From NCBI GenBank assembly GCA_028534125.1, contig CM052847.1, positions 23,312,001 to 23,376,000 on the forward strand: a stretch of 64,000 nt of DNA, read 5' to 3'. A program made the translations under genes and the position numbers. Positions 50,071 to 62,764 of this stretch are shown here, piece by piece. The stretch is from Lama glama (Eukaryota). The notes beneath the pieces are model-generated. The model had not been told where the DNA came from and ran no database searches. It saw only the letters and a program-made list of their open reading frames with translations. Numbering within the stretch: the first letter of the stretch is position 1; each line of letters starts with the position of its first letter.

Positions 50071-50429
50071 TAGGCTGTGAGTGCTTCAGGACCAGCAGTC
50101 ACTATCACCAGGGGTGGCGGCTCTTTCAGGACCACAGTTCGTTCTGTGTCCTTATTTTTTCTCCCGCAGATACAGCCTTTCTGAGGGTTGGTGAATGAGG
50201 TTCTGTTCTCCGTGGCCTGTACAGTGGCCGTTTCCTGCCAGAGCACAGTTGCTCTCTGCTGTCCCTGCTTGTTCTCTGACTCCTGGCCTGTCTTTGGGTT
50301 GAGTTGTGCTCGCCCACAGATTTATGTTCCCCGTGCAGCTGCCAGGCTTCGGCCTGGAGCTGAGCGTGGAGGACGGGGCTGCACCGGCGCAGAGACACAC
50401 TCAGTAACGCCCTCTGTTTCCCTTTGTAG

Positions 50430-50487
50430 AGTCCGCTTAGTAGAAAGAGGATCCCCTCATAGTTTGCCGCTAATGGAATCGGGAAAA
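50430..50487 (+). CDS. DIP2C: DIP2C exon: VRLVERGSPHSLPLMESGK
   Basis: ttgtag|a ... aaa|gtaagt; within ORF 50188..50529. Confidence 0.95.
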
Positions 50488-51774
50488 GTAAGTATTGAAG
50501 GAAGCATATATATTTTCACAGAAACATGAGTCTTAATTTCTGAGCTTTAAAAATTTAAGAAAAATATTACGGAATTTTTTTCCCAAAAAGTTTTCTTTAA
50601 TGTAATATCTCAGGACTGATTTTGGCCATGAGCACAGAAATTCAGAATTACAATGTTTTAAATGAGTCAGTTTTCCTTCGTGTGAAGGACATCACCGGGC
50701 TGGCACCTCTATCTTGTTCTGCTCCACGTGGCCACTCCACCCAAGGGAGCCTCGGGGTCTGAAGTGGCCTGGCTTCCTTCCCACGGTCCTGCAGCAAGAG
50801 GAGCAGGAAAAGGAGGAGCAGGAGGGGCAGGCTGTCAGGAAGTTCCCTCACACTTAAGTACCACTGGGCATGGTCACGCCCAGCTGGCAGGAAGGCTGGA
50901 GGTCCTGTGCCGGTTCTGAACACCCAGGGGCCTGGCTGAAACTCAGGGTGTGGCTCCCTGTGGAAGCACAGTGAAGACCGGGGGTGGGGGTTACCAGGGA
51001 CAGCCAGTAGTCCTGCCGCAGTGGTGGCATCGTGTGCAGAACTAAAGGGCAAGGAGCAGACCTAAGCCTCAGTGAAGACTCTTTTGGAGCCAGTTGTCCG
51101 ACTTCTCCACTTGACATGGTTCTGAAAGCGTCTTCTGCTGTTCTGGACCTTTTATAGTCTGTCTGCCTGACCACCCATCAGAATTCTTGGTTCTGAGTTG
51201 GCTCTAGGGTAGAGCTCAGCCTGGTGGGCCGCTAGTCAGACAGGTTCCCAGGGCTTTCTCCGCAGATGTCTCCGTGGACCTCGACCACGCGGCGTTACTT
51301 TGCCAAACCGAGATGGCTTGTGTTCTGAATTTCCAGAAGCAGCTCTCACTTCCTGCGAAATATGGTTTCAATAGAATTCAGAGCACTTCCAAGCTAACTT
51401 TCCTTTAAGAAGGCGGTGCTTAATGTCAACATCACGCTGGAAGACATTCACGGCGGGAGAAGTGGGTGGTGTGGTGAAGAGACGGAGCTGGACGTGGTGC
51501 CCCAGGCCACGTGGCAGTGACGCCTCTGAGTCCTGGTCTGCAAGCATCGAGCTGTGTTAAATTATATCATTTGTCATGTTTTTGTTCAAATTCTTAATTT
51601 TAGGATCACTTTAACACAGGCTCTCTCATTGTAAGTGTTTTGTGTGATTCCGTCATGCTGTGTATGTGATTTAGAGCCATCTACCTTCCAAACCGTTTTA
51701 GAAAGGCAAACAGGCACGTGGCATGAAGACATCCCCATCTGTCCTTCCACTGACGAGAACGTTCTCCCACGCAG

Positions 51775-51849
51775 ATCCTGCCGGGTGTTCGGATCATAAT
51801 TGCCAACCCGGAAACGAAAGGGCCGTTGGGAGACTCGCACCTGGGTGAG
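51775..51849 (+). CDS. DIP2C: DIP2C exon: ILPGVRIIIANPETKGPLGDSHLGE
   Basis: acgcag|atc ... gag|gtgagt; translated by hand. Confidence 0.95.
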
Positions 51850-52925
51850 GTGAGTGAGGGGCCCGTGAGCTTTCCGGGTTACGGGGCAGAAGCTCCTTGA
51901 GGGGTATAATTCCCTTCAAAGACTTGAGAGAAGAGAAGACAGCGTGTGGACTGAGGTTTGCCTCCTCTGCTGTGACAGCCTCCTCGGGAACACGGCGGAG
52001 TAGTGTGTGGAGGGGGTCGGGCCACCACCTAGGGTCACAGCCGTGTCCACAGCAGTGGCAGGCGGGCGACAGCAGGGGTTTATTTGGGTCAGAAGTTCAC
52101 TTCCGCTCGCCTTCCCGTCTCCAGCCAGCCATGTCATGCTTCTGCCTTCTCCAAGGTTCTCCACTCTCCCTGGTTAACTTGCTTCTTCCAACACATCTGC
52201 CTTCCCCTCCGTTTTCCCCTCCAAGGCCAAGCACACAGCGACCCTCCTGCCAGACCTCCTCCCAGGGCCACCCGCTGTGTGGCCAGCTTCCCCCTCCTTG
52301 ACCCCTTGCCGCCACACACAAAACGCAGCCGCAGCTGGCATCCCACTGTCTTCCCGAACAGCAGCCCCGCCGCCGTGGGCGCCGGGCCAGTGGGTGGAGG
52401 AGTGAGGACGTGACGGGGCCGGGTTCTGCCCGCCGCACCCTCTCCACACCCTGTCTTCTTGGGCTGATTCTGGGCTCTCACTCGACTCGACTCTGCCCAT
52501 GTGACAAGCAGAACTGAGATGATAATTCCTAAATGAGGTCTGTACAGAGTTTTTCCTCTAAACCCCTTCCTAAGAGTGAAAATGGGCTGTAGCCCCTGCT
52601 GTCCTCACGGTGGGCAGCCTCGCTGGGGCCTGAGAGCCATGTGCTGGGGAATCCCCTTCACTCAATGGGAGACCTTGTGTCTGAGAGCAGAGACAGTGTT
52701 CACCCTCCTTGTTGGATGCAGGGCTTCCTTCCTGTTGACTCTCTGCTCCGCGGGGCATGGGGTGCACAGTCCAGACTGGCCCCTCTGACCACACTGCACA
52801 CATGGCGGCTGTAGGGCGTTTCAGGGGCGAGGCGGCGTAGCTGGTGCCTCGGTCGGCACTCAGTGTCAGCATGTTTCCTTCTTGTTTCCTCAAATACCAC
52901 ACTTGGGCATTGTGGTTCCCTGTTT

Positions 52926-53691
52926 GGTTTTTTTTTAAATTTTTTTTTTGTTTTGTTTCATTTTTGCTTGTTTTTTAGTTTTTTTTTTTTATTGAGGTGT
53001 AGTCAGCTTACAATGTTGTGTAAATTCTTGGTGTACAACACAGTATCGTACATGGATATACATATATTCATTTTCATATTCTTTTTCACTGTAAGCGGTT
53101 ACAAGATATTGAATATATTTGCCTGTGCTCTGCAGTATAACCTTGTTTATCTATTTTATATACCAGTCAGTATCTGCAAATCTCGAACTCCCAGTTTATC
53201 CCTTTCCAACCCCCTCCCCTCTGGCAACCATAAGTCTGTATTCTATGTCTGTGAGTCTGTTTCTGTTTTATGTATAAGTTCATTTGTCTTTTTTTTTTTT
53301 TAGACTGCACATATGAGTGAGACGGTATTTTTCTTTCTCTTTCTGGCTTATTACTTCATTTAGAATGACATTCTCCAGGGCCATCCATGTTGCTGCAANN
53401 NNNNNNNNNNNNNNNNNNNNNNNNNNNNNNNNNNNNNNNNNNNNNNNNNNNNNNNNNNNNNNNNNNNNNNNNNNNNNNNNNNNNNNNNNNNNNNNNNNNN
53501 NNNNNNNNNNNNNNNNNNNNNNNNNNNNNNTGTGAACATTGGGGTGCAGGTGTCTTTTTGAATTAGGAGTTCCTCTCCCAGGAGTGGGATTGCTGGGTCA
53601 TATGGTAAGTCCAATTTAGTCTTTTGAGAAATCTCCATACTGTTTTCCATAATGGCTGCACCAAACTGCATTCCTACCAGCAGTGTGGGCG
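52926..53691 (-). mobile_element. Younger L1 3' end (same family as 26098-26243) with a 12-bp TSD
   Basis: Long T tract; ORF2 C-terminus on the minus strand ([13 protein letters not shown]...KDTCTPMFT); ggttccctgttt at 52914-52925 and 53692-53703. Confidence 0.85.
53399..53530. other. Assembly gap (N run) inside L1
   Basis: N run. Confidence 0.99.
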
Positions 53692-54170
53692 GGTTCCCTG
53701 TTTTTTGATGTTACATGCTTTCCCTCCTGGTTTGTTTCTGTCGTGTTGTTTTATTACAACGTATTTACAAAAGTATGCAGACCAGGTGAAAGGGAAAAAT
53801 AAATCATAAAACTCTTCAACATTTTTCGAGGCTGCTTTTTAGAAACAGTCACTTCATTTGAATAAATACAAGGAAGCTCACACAGCTCTGTCCGTTGGCT
53901 GTGTTCGGTTTGAAAGCCCCCAGGCAGTCTGCTCTAATGGAGCTCTCCATAGGCCGTGCTTAGTTGTTTGCTCAGCCATGAGCTTGCTCTCCCGCCTTCT
54001 TTTCAGTAAACTCTGTGGCTCCAGTGTCCCCTAGAAACCCGAATGCCTCGTTATCGCAGGCCAGGGCACTTTCAGTAGCTCGGGACGTGGTCTGCTGAGC
54101 TATAATAGTCGTTCCTGCCCTGGCCACCACTCGAGTTACCTTATCCAGTTGTGTTTTGCTTCCTCAACAG

Positions 54171-54345
54171 ATCTGGGTTCACAGTGCCCACAACGCCAGT
54201 GGTTATTTCACTATTTATGGAGATGAATCCCTCCAGTCAGATCACTTCAACTCAAGATTAAGTTTTGGAGACACACAGACAGTCTGGGCACGAACAGGCT
54301 ATTTGGGGTTCCTGCGGAGAACTGAACTCACTGATGCAAATGGAG
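54171..54345 (+). CDS. DIP2C: DIP2C exon: IWVHSAHNASGYFTIYGDESLQSDHFNSRLSFGDTQTVWARTGYLGFLRRTELTDANG
   Basis: caacag|atc ... gag|gtgaga; within ORF 54156..54575. Confidence 0.96.
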
Positions 54346-55500
54346 GTGAGAGTCCAGACAGGCTGCGGAAAGGTCCCCAGACCCTGGTAATCCATCTGGG
54401 GTTTGGGGTTCCCTTCCCAAGCTCTGGGCCCGGCCCGTGTCCACGGAGGAGCGGCAGCTCGGAGGAGCTGGCACCAGGCACAGGTGGTACTTGGAGCAGA
54501 AAGTCTTTGCTGATTCTGGAATCCCTTCTCCACTCCTTATTCTACCAAAAGCAGAGGCAAGACTTGGGTATTTGACAGGAATGGGGGCTGAGGTTTCTTG
54601 GTGAGACCCGCCATACCCGAACCCCAGGAGACGAGCTTCTAGACGTCAGAGAGGCCCCCTGACCCACCTGCGAGGGGGCGGCTGCACTAACCTGGCCGAA
54701 CCGGCATGAATTTAGGGGAAAGGTACAGAAACATTCAGGCATTTCCAATCTGGGAAAGTCGTGGACTGTTTTATTTGAGGTTTCTGTCACGGCTCCTTGA
54801 AGAACCAAGCTTGGAGACACCCAGACCCCCCAGGAGACAGGGCAGGTCTCGTCCTGCAGAGCCCAGTGGCTGGACCGGTGGGCTCCCCGCCGCCACCCTG
54901 GTCAGAAGCCAGCAAGTAAACGCCTCCATCTCATCTGACTTCAACTGGAAAATATTTATTTTCTGGTGTTTTCTATGCCGGTCACTTCTCCCAGCCCCGC
55001 CCTGCCACACTCACCACCGTGAAGAGTAAGGAAAGACGTTCAGACTGCATGTTGTCATTACCCCAAGTCTGAACGACTGATGAGAATCAGCGTGACAGCC
55101 GCACGAGCTCAGGGAAGCTTTGTGCTCGCACATTCTTGGGGACTGCGCGCTCTTTTCCTGCTCAGACTTAAGGCCTCGTGTGACGGAAGCAGAGGGGTGG
55201 GCGGAGTCTTGGCTGCACCGTGTCTTCAGCCTGTGACCCTGGGGTGCGGGGCCACTGAGGGGTGGCTGGTGGCAGCCGACAGCAGCACGGGGGACGGGGA
55301 CGTTCAGGTGGAGCCAGGGCCCAGGGCCTGCTCCTGCAAGCCTCAGGCTGTAGGGGCCCTGGTGGGGGGACGCCGTGTCCGAGCTCAGCCGTCTTCTCTT
55401 TGCGTCTCTTTTGCGTTTGGGGCAAGTGTTCATCTTTTTCTTTTTAAGTGGCTTGAGCGGCACTGTGGTGATGCTCACGTGGTTTCTGTCCCCTGAGCAG

Positions 55501-55624
55501 AGCGCCACGACGCCCTGTATGTGGTGGGGGCCCTGGATGAGGCCATGGAGCTGCGCGGCATGAGGTACCACCCGATAGACATCGAGACCTCGGTCATCAG
55601 AGCACACAAGAGCGTCACAGAATG
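55501..55624 (+). CDS. DIP2C: DIP2C exon: ERHDALYVVGALDEAMELRGMRYHPIDIETSVIRAHKSVTE(C)
   Basis: gagcag|ag ... tg|gtgagg; translated by hand. Confidence 0.95.
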
Positions 55625-57936
55625 GTGAGGCGCGGCAGCCGGCCCAAGGCATGGGGTCCTGGGGGTCAGGCTTCCCAGGGGGAGCCACACCTCGAGGGGT
55701 CAGGAGCAGCTGGAAGGAGCCCTCCTGGTCAGTCAGTGCTTTTCCGGCCGGGCAGCGTTTCCAGGAAGCCATGTTGGCGTTTACTTGGTTTTCTGTTAAG
55801 GAAAGCATTCTGTAGGGGAAAACAGACTGCATTCATACATGACAGGCACGGGAAATGCCACATGAGACTGCCCATGTGGGGAGCATAGCCCCAGCGAGCC
55901 TGAGGCCCCAGGAGAGGCCGTGTTCCCTGGCGTCACGGGCCGTGGGTGACAAGTCGCCCATCTCAGCCTCCCCTGGGGGCAAGAGGTCTGGGGGGCCTGG
56001 TTCACCCCTGGGCTGGGCTCTGTTCCTCCCCTTCCCCGGCCATTTGGCTGGCTGTGATGTGCACGTGGGCCCAGACTGTGGGCCGGCCTGAAGGCTACAG
56101 TGTGACCACCTTCTCGGGTCCCTCTTATGCAACGTTTGAGGATGAAAGGTGGCTGCGGTTGTTGGGTACAGGCCTGTTTGCTCCCGTGGTCCCTGAGCCG
56201 GCAGAGGCCTGGTGGAGACGGTCTGCACACCAGGGCAGGATCCCGGCAGGGCACCGTCTGAATCTCGGAAGCAGCCTTCCTAGTGGGTGGGCTGGTCCAG
56301 GAGCGGGGGCAGCATCTCGTCACTGAATGCAGGCGGGTGCCTGTGGCCACACTGAGCTGCGCACAGGCCTTGTTGGACAGGGGTCCGAGGGGAATGGGCA
56401 AGCTTCAGAGCTGGCGGCGACCTGTTTTTCAGAACAGGCGGGCCGGGGCTGGTTTGAAACATGAGCTCCCAGCTGCCAAAGCAGCCTGTCCACCTGAGTG
56501 AACGCGGAGACAATGGGAGCCCAGCCCAGAAACGGGCAAGGCGAGGGCCCGCCGCCTCGGTACCTGTCCCGGTAGCTGCAAATACCAGTCACAGCCTCGT
56601 GTGCTGTGTTTTTAGGAAAATAAGCCTGACTGGCTTGCATTCCTCCCTCAGGTACTTTCTGTCTAGTTGTAAAAGTGTTATTTCCAGTTTAAAAGTGTGC
56701 AGCAGAGGCACCCCTCGTGGGTTCCTTGTGTCTGTTCTGAGTGTCACTGCTGTCCCTGCCGTGAGGCCTCTGCCTCATCTGTTCCCCTGTGGCCCCAGGA
56801 GGAACGGAGAGCCATGGTTTTGTTGCGACAGGCTTCAATCCGTTCGTTGGTTTCTGTGCAGCAGAGCTGCTCTGTTGACATTTCCCTCCCGCCCCGCCAG
56901 TGATGTCTGCGTCAGCTTGTCAGCTCGCGTGGAAAGAAAGTGGCAGTGATAGCCTTTGGCTTCTTGGCAGACCTCCTCCTCTGCACCACGGAATCCAAGC
57001 CCATCCAGATGTGGTGCGATGGATTCACGTGCCAGAATAAGGCTGCCCGGGGGGCTGAGAGTGTGACACGTGTGGGCGCTCGAGGGCGTCCCCATGCCCG
57101 GGGCTTGTGTCCTGGGACGGTGCTGGAGCAGTTCTCAGCAGGTCCTTCCCTCGGGTGTACACGCACGTCCCAGAGCTAAGCCCAGAGCGAGGGGTCTGTT
57201 GGACAGACGCTGTTCTACAGCGTTTACCTGTGTGTAGGGGCCAGGCTGAACAAAATACGTGTCTTCTCCTAGTAGACGTCCTTGCACGCTTCAGAAGTGC
57301 TTTCCCAAGTGCTTCCTGCCCGTGAGGAGGAACCTCCTATGTGTCTGGCGAGTGAAAGCAAGTCCCAGCGCCCCTGTGGGGTGCGGGGCAGGGCCTCTGT
57401 GAGGTTCCGTGGCTTTGCAATGTGAAGCGCAGGTCCAGGCTTCTACAAACGGCAGACACGATACTGCCGTGGCCCTCCCACTGAAAGACCCAGGGAGGAC
57501 ACTTCTGGGTGCGTCTCTGACGTCTTCTAGGAGCTATCCCCCACGTGCAGCTTGCCTCGTCCTTAATTCAGTGCTTCAAGCAGTGATTGGTTCCATGCCC
57601 CGTGCTTGTGGTGACGGCTGAGCGGTCTGAGCTGGCGTGGCCGGCCTGAGGGCCAGCGTTCACCTCCTGCTGTCTTCTCTTGTGGCACAGGCGAGTCAGC
57701 CCCAGCCCCAGCCGTCCCCCCATCCTGCCAACCAGGGCACAGGACAGACTGCTTGTGTGCGGACCCGGGAGGGCGGGGCGGGGCTGTGCCAGGGTGATGC
57801 CCGAGCCGGCTGGTAGGGGGTGTGGAGACGGTCGGGGGCCAGCAGGCCTGAGGAGGCCCAGTGCTCAGGCAGGTCCGCAAAGAGCCAGGTGGTTGCGAGC
57901 CCCCCTGCACAGTGATGGCTTCTTTCTCTCTTCCAG

Positions 57937-58189
57937 TGCTGTGTTCACCTGGACGAACCTGCTGGTGGTGGTGGTGGAGCTGGACGGGTCCGAGCAGGAA
58001 GCCCTGGACCTGGTGCCCCTGGTGACCAACGTGGTACTGGAGGAGCACTACCTGGTGGTGGGGGTGGTGGTGGTGGTGGACATCGGCGTCATCCCCATCA
58101 ACTCCCGGGGGGAGAAGCAGCGCATGCACCTGCGGGACGGCTTCCTGGCCGACCAGCTGGACCCCATCTACGTGGCCTACAACATGTAG
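57937..58189 (+). CDS. DIP2C: DIP2C last coding exon: AVFTWTNLLVVVVELDG...DQLDPIYVAYNM*
   Basis: ttccag|t; ends in the DIP2-family C-terminus DPIYVAYNM followed by TAG. Confidence 0.97.
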
Positions 58190-58715
58190 ACTCCCGAGAC
58201 GCACGCAGGCTCCTGGAGCGGAGCCTCGGCCTCGCGCTGGGAGCTCCTAGCGCCCTGGTGGGCACCGGGATGAGACATGGGACGTGAAGTTGGCGCAGAA
58301 GGACTTTGCGTTGCTGCCTTCAGTTTGTTGGAAAAGCCCATTTCAAAACTTTTTTTCCTTTTTTTTTTTAATTATTGGATAATAAGTGCTTTCTTCGTAA
58401 ACGTGGTATTTTGTTAAGCCAAAATAGCAATTAAAACATTCTGCCCTCCCGATGGGTTCTTTTAAGCAGTTTATGTAGTGTGACAAAGAATTGTTTTCTC
58501 TGTTTTAATGGTCATAATATCTTAATGACATGGACCTGCTACTATTTAAGCCATTGCTAGAGCTCATCCTTCTAGGAAAGTCTGTTGAGGTACGAGTACA
58601 CCTTCCAATTAGCTTTTAGCAGCTTCCTGTCAGAAACGTGCTGAGGAAACAGGCTGATACGCGGCCTGTGAAGTTAGCATAGAGTGAGACGTTATAAATA
58701 CGGTGAATTTCGGCA

Positions 58716-58913
58716 NNNNNNNNNNNNNNNNNNNNNNNNNNNNNNNNNNNNNNNNNNNNNNNNNNNNNNNNNNNNNNNNNNNNNNNNNNNNNNNNNNNNN
58801 NNNNNNNNNNNNNNNNNNNNNNNNNNNNNNNNNNNNNNNNNNNNNNNNNNNNNNNNNNNNNNNNNNNNNNNNNNNNNNNNNNNNNNNNNNNNNNNNNNNN
58901 NNNNNNNNNNNNN
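58716..58913. other. Assembly gap (N run) in the 3' UTR
   Basis: N run. Confidence 0.99.
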
Positions 58914-60556
58914 TATATATGAAATATAAATTCACTAAGAACAAAGGAGATTTTAAAGTTTAAAACGCAGAGCCTGTCACTTGCATGGTGTCCCTCACTG
59001 CACTGTAGATCCAGAGACTCGCCCACCTGGCTGATGGGAGCGCGAGAGCGGTCCTGCGGCCGGGGCCCAGCCTGTGCGCTCCTCGCAGAGCCAGAGCCCC
59101 GCCGGTGAAGGGGCCACCTCTCCCGGTGGGGACTGGCGCTGACTGTGCACCTTCCCTCCACGCTGGCCTGGGAGGCGGGTGGCGAACAGCACGTTCTCGG
59201 CTGCAAGACTCCGTTGTACGATGTTTCCGTCACTCCTGTTACTGTCGCCCTTCTGGTCCTCGGTATGGAAAGGAATGTCACCCTGCGCTGGTGTGCGTTG
59301 ATTCCCTCAGATGGCCTCTGTGTGGAGTGGACAGTGTCCGCACGGCCAGGTCTCCGCAGCTCCCGAGCCAGTGTGACTGCCGGGGAGCCACTGGCAGGAG
59401 CCGGAGGGCCCCGCCGCCCCCTCACCTCCGCCGAGACACGCTCCTCTTGCTGCTGCCGCCGCCGCCTCACACGGCTGTCAGAGCCCCTCGCTCTGGATGC
59501 AACTGGCATCTGTGTCCCGCCGAGGAGAGGAATCTGCAGTCCGAGCAAGCCTGACCCTCCGGCTGTCCCGGCGTGACGGCGGGCCGCATGGTGGCAGTGG
59601 GCCGTGCGGTGGTCTCTGTCGGCCTTTGCTCTGTGTGCTGGCAGCGAGCCCTTTGTTGCGAGGAGTTTTGTTTGACTTCTGAGACCCAAGGCTAGTTGTT
59701 GTTGGAAGTTTAAGTGACATTTTTTTTTAATTTGTCTGCATGTGGGGCGCACCCCTCCATCTCCACAAAGCATTTGAGTTTTAAGACGTTGTTGGGCTTC
59801 ATTGCTGTGTGTGAATATTTCTCCACATGCTTCAGATACACATTCCTAAAGGCTCTGTTTCCCAAGAGGGTGCCCCGCCACACACAGACGAGACACGTTC
59901 ACACGCCCACCGAGCGAGAGGGGAGGGTCGAGGTTTCGGATCAGACACCGATGAGGAAACACAGCCGCGGGGGACCCCGCAGTCCAGCGAGGTGGCGTGA
60001 GGGCTGTTGGTGACGTCCTGTCATCCTGTCAGCGCTGAGGTCCAGAGGGCCTCAAGTTCTGGGGTTACTGGGATTCGAGTTCTGTTGTGCGAGAAAAAGG
60101 GAAGGAGACGCTGAGTACCACCCGCTTCAGCAATAAAGGAGGACCGTCTGTGTGGCGGTTGTGCCGTGGACCAGCCACTCGAGGGAGCGTCACCAGTGTT
60201 TGTCTTGTGACCTTGTGCTTCTGATGTCAGACAGAGCCGTGCCGTCGGCCTGCACAGGAGAGGGTGGACAGTGATCTTGGAAGCTCCGACCAGCCCGACA
60301 GGCGGTTTCCTCATGGTGCTTGTTTACTGTATCTAATCCTGCTCGACACTTTACCGGAGGGGAACTCCCTTTACCAGGGGCAGGCTGGCAGCGTTGCTGC
60401 ATAGAGCGTGGTGCCTGGTCAGAGAGGTTCATGCACTCAGCCAATCGCAGTCTCAAACAGAACCCCCATGTGCGAAGGACAGCAGCCTTCTCGTGTGTTA
60501 AACGCCAGTGAGCTTTGTGCATCTGTGATGACGCCTGTTTTATATTCAGATGAACA

Positions 60557-60562
60557 AATAAA
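60557..60562 (+). terminator. Candidate polyadenylation signal AATAAA
   Basis: AATAAA followed by a U/GU-rich tract (ttttatttttgttgc). Confidence 0.55.
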
Positions 60563-60715
60563 AGCTTTTATTTTTGTTGCTCTGAAAATAGCGGTTTCTT
60601 AATTGGTCCCCTGGAAAACTGGGCAGCTTCCATCCCAGGAAGGAGGCGACTCCTCCCGGGAAATGTACCTGACTCTGTTTACATAATCTGTTGCGTTACT
60701 TATCAGTACAGATGA

Positions 60716-60854
60716 NNNNNNNNNNNNNNNNNNNNNNNNNNNNNNNNNNNNNNNNNNNNNNNNNNNNNNNNNNNNNNNNNNNNNNNNNNNNNNNNNNNNN
60801 NNNNNNNNNNNNNNNNNNNNNNNNNNNNNNNNNNNNNNNNNNNNNNNNNNNNNN
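60716..60854. other. Assembly gap (N run) at the distal 3' UTR
   Basis: N run. Confidence 0.99.
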
Positions 60855-62764
60855 GTACAGCTTATTGGTGACTTGTAGGGACAAAGAGTAAGTGTGAGTC
60901 CGGTGTGCAAATCCTTTCTGTCAGCTCTTGGCAAGAAGCTCCCGTGTCGGGACGTAGGTCTCGCTGACTGTTCCCACCCAGATTGTCTTTGGTTTTGTCT
61001 TGGCTTCGTCTTTTGGAAAGCATTTAACGGGGTTAACGGACTTCCAGCCTAATGGTTAGAAAAGGACGTTTTGTACACATGAAAACTGGTAGAACCGAAG
61101 TTCTGTGCACAGATCACCAGGCCTAACCTAAGTGCTTGTATTCAAACTCCTCTTGTCCCCTGCCCCCGACTCCTGTCCCGGCCTGTCCCACACCAATTAG
61201 GGGTGTGAAAGGGGGGTCACTGAGTGACTCAGAACACTGCGGACATAGGACTGCCCCGCGTGGCGTGCTTTGGGCAGCATGTGTGTGTGCGCGCGTGTGT
61301 GGTTTCTTCCCTGGCGCTGAGGTCTTGGGGCACAGTCAGGAGTCGGTGGGCTGGTCGATCGTCATTCTGGGTCTTACTGTCCTCGCTGACGTCTTGGTGC
61401 CCTGAGCCGGGTGGTCTGCCCACCGCGAGGGACCTGGTGACTCTGCTCCTGAGGAGAGAAGTCCTGCTCCCTTAACACCCACGTCTTCTGTGACTTGTGG
61501 CCTCTACTTAACATCTTCTCTGCAGAACCCACACCCCCGGCCCCCACGGATGGGTTTACCCCGTGCTTTCTCCCTCCCTCAGGCGGGCACGCTGGGTCCC
61601 GTCCAGCAGTCTACCTCTTACTGTCTTTCAGTTTTTAAGGTTAATCTGTAAACGAAGAAACTCGGAGAGACGGAGAGACCTGGGCGGCTGTGCCGTTCTG
61701 GGCAGTGCTCACCCCGGTTGGCTCCCCCGGTTGCTGTGGTCTCGGTGACCCCTTGGTTCCTCCCCACCGGGCTGGGACCCTCGAGGGTGGAGGGGTGTGG
61801 CCTGCACCTGGGCTGGCACACAGCTGGCCCCCTCTGCAGCTGGGCCAGTGGCCTCCCCAGTGGCCATCATGCCGGAAGGCAGGCCTGGAGGAGCCGGAGA
61901 CCCAGGAGGGGCTGGCAGGGCTCAGGAGAAGAGTAGAAAGTGAAGCGAGAAGGCAGGCGGTGCTGGCGGCCTATGCACAGGGAGGGAGGCCTGGTCTTGG
62001 CCCTGCTGCTGGATTGCTCTGTTCTCTGATGTCATGCTGACGTGTGGTGACCGTCCCTGCACCGTCTGGCCTCTGGCCGGGGGCTGGGGGACCGGTGGGG
62101 AACAGGGTGTGTGTTATCTGCCTGCCTCACATGGTGCCTGGCCCAGGGCGGGCGTTCAGGAGATGCAAGTAAGGGAGCTGGGGCGCTGGGACCAGAGGGC
62201 AGGTGTCCCCCGAGCACCATGGTCCCCATAGCTCTCCCCGGGCCGAGCCCCGGAGGATGTGGTCAGAGCCTGCACCCCAGCTGGTGTCCAAGGAAGGACG
62301 AATGGACCCAGAGCTGGCGTGACCCTGCCTGCCGGAGGAACGTTGTCCAGTGGCCAGACGCACCTGCGCCTCGTCGGGTCACCCTCAGGAGACTGACGTA
62401 GACTCACAGGGAGGGGACAGGGTCCCTGCCCTGCCCACCGTCAGACAGGCCTCCCGCAGGGCCGGCGGCATCAAGGGTGTTGGAGCTGGAGAGCGTGCGC
62501 CAGCTGTGCACCTCCGGCTGGTGCAAGCCAGCAGCAGCCTCTCTGAGACAAGAGCTCTCCCCGCTTGTCAGACCCGTGCGACTTGTGTGATCACTGCGGG
62601 GTGTCCTGGATGGAAACCGGGGCCGTGCGCCACCAGCCCACCGTTCCTGGAGGTGGGACGGGGGCTGGGTGATGGGCTTTGGGGTTCATTCGGTTAAGAG
62701 TGCACGAGGGCAGGTAACAGGGCGTGTGAGGGCTCAACCAGATCATCACCAGCCTGCTGAGGCC

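Larger units (their letters stand above)
58190..60854 (+). other. DIP2C: DIP2C 3' UTR (end approximate; the distal cleavage site may lie in the N gap)
   Basis: Follows the stop codon; AU-rich blocks at about 58330-58960 and 60530-60715; poly(A) hexamers at 58430, 60132 and 60557. Confidence 0.7.

Noticed and set aside
55493-55502. NAGNAG tandem acceptor (GAGCAG|AG)
   Set aside because: GAG is a rarely used acceptor; CAG gives the expected protein
55011-55832. 273-aa minus-strand ORF
   Set aside because: Antisense to a DIP2C exon in stop-poor GC-rich sequence; no recognisable protein features
57563-58204. 213-aa antisense ORF with a His-rich run overlapping the last DIP2C exon
   Set aside because: It is the shadow of GTG (Val)-rich, GC3-rich sense codons, which give CAC runs and few stops on the opposite strand; no independent gene signals
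58616-59773. 385-aa minus-strand ORF, the longest in the track
   Set aside because: It spans a 198-nt N gap and GC-rich UTR; low-complexity Arg/Ala/Pro text with no recognisable domain
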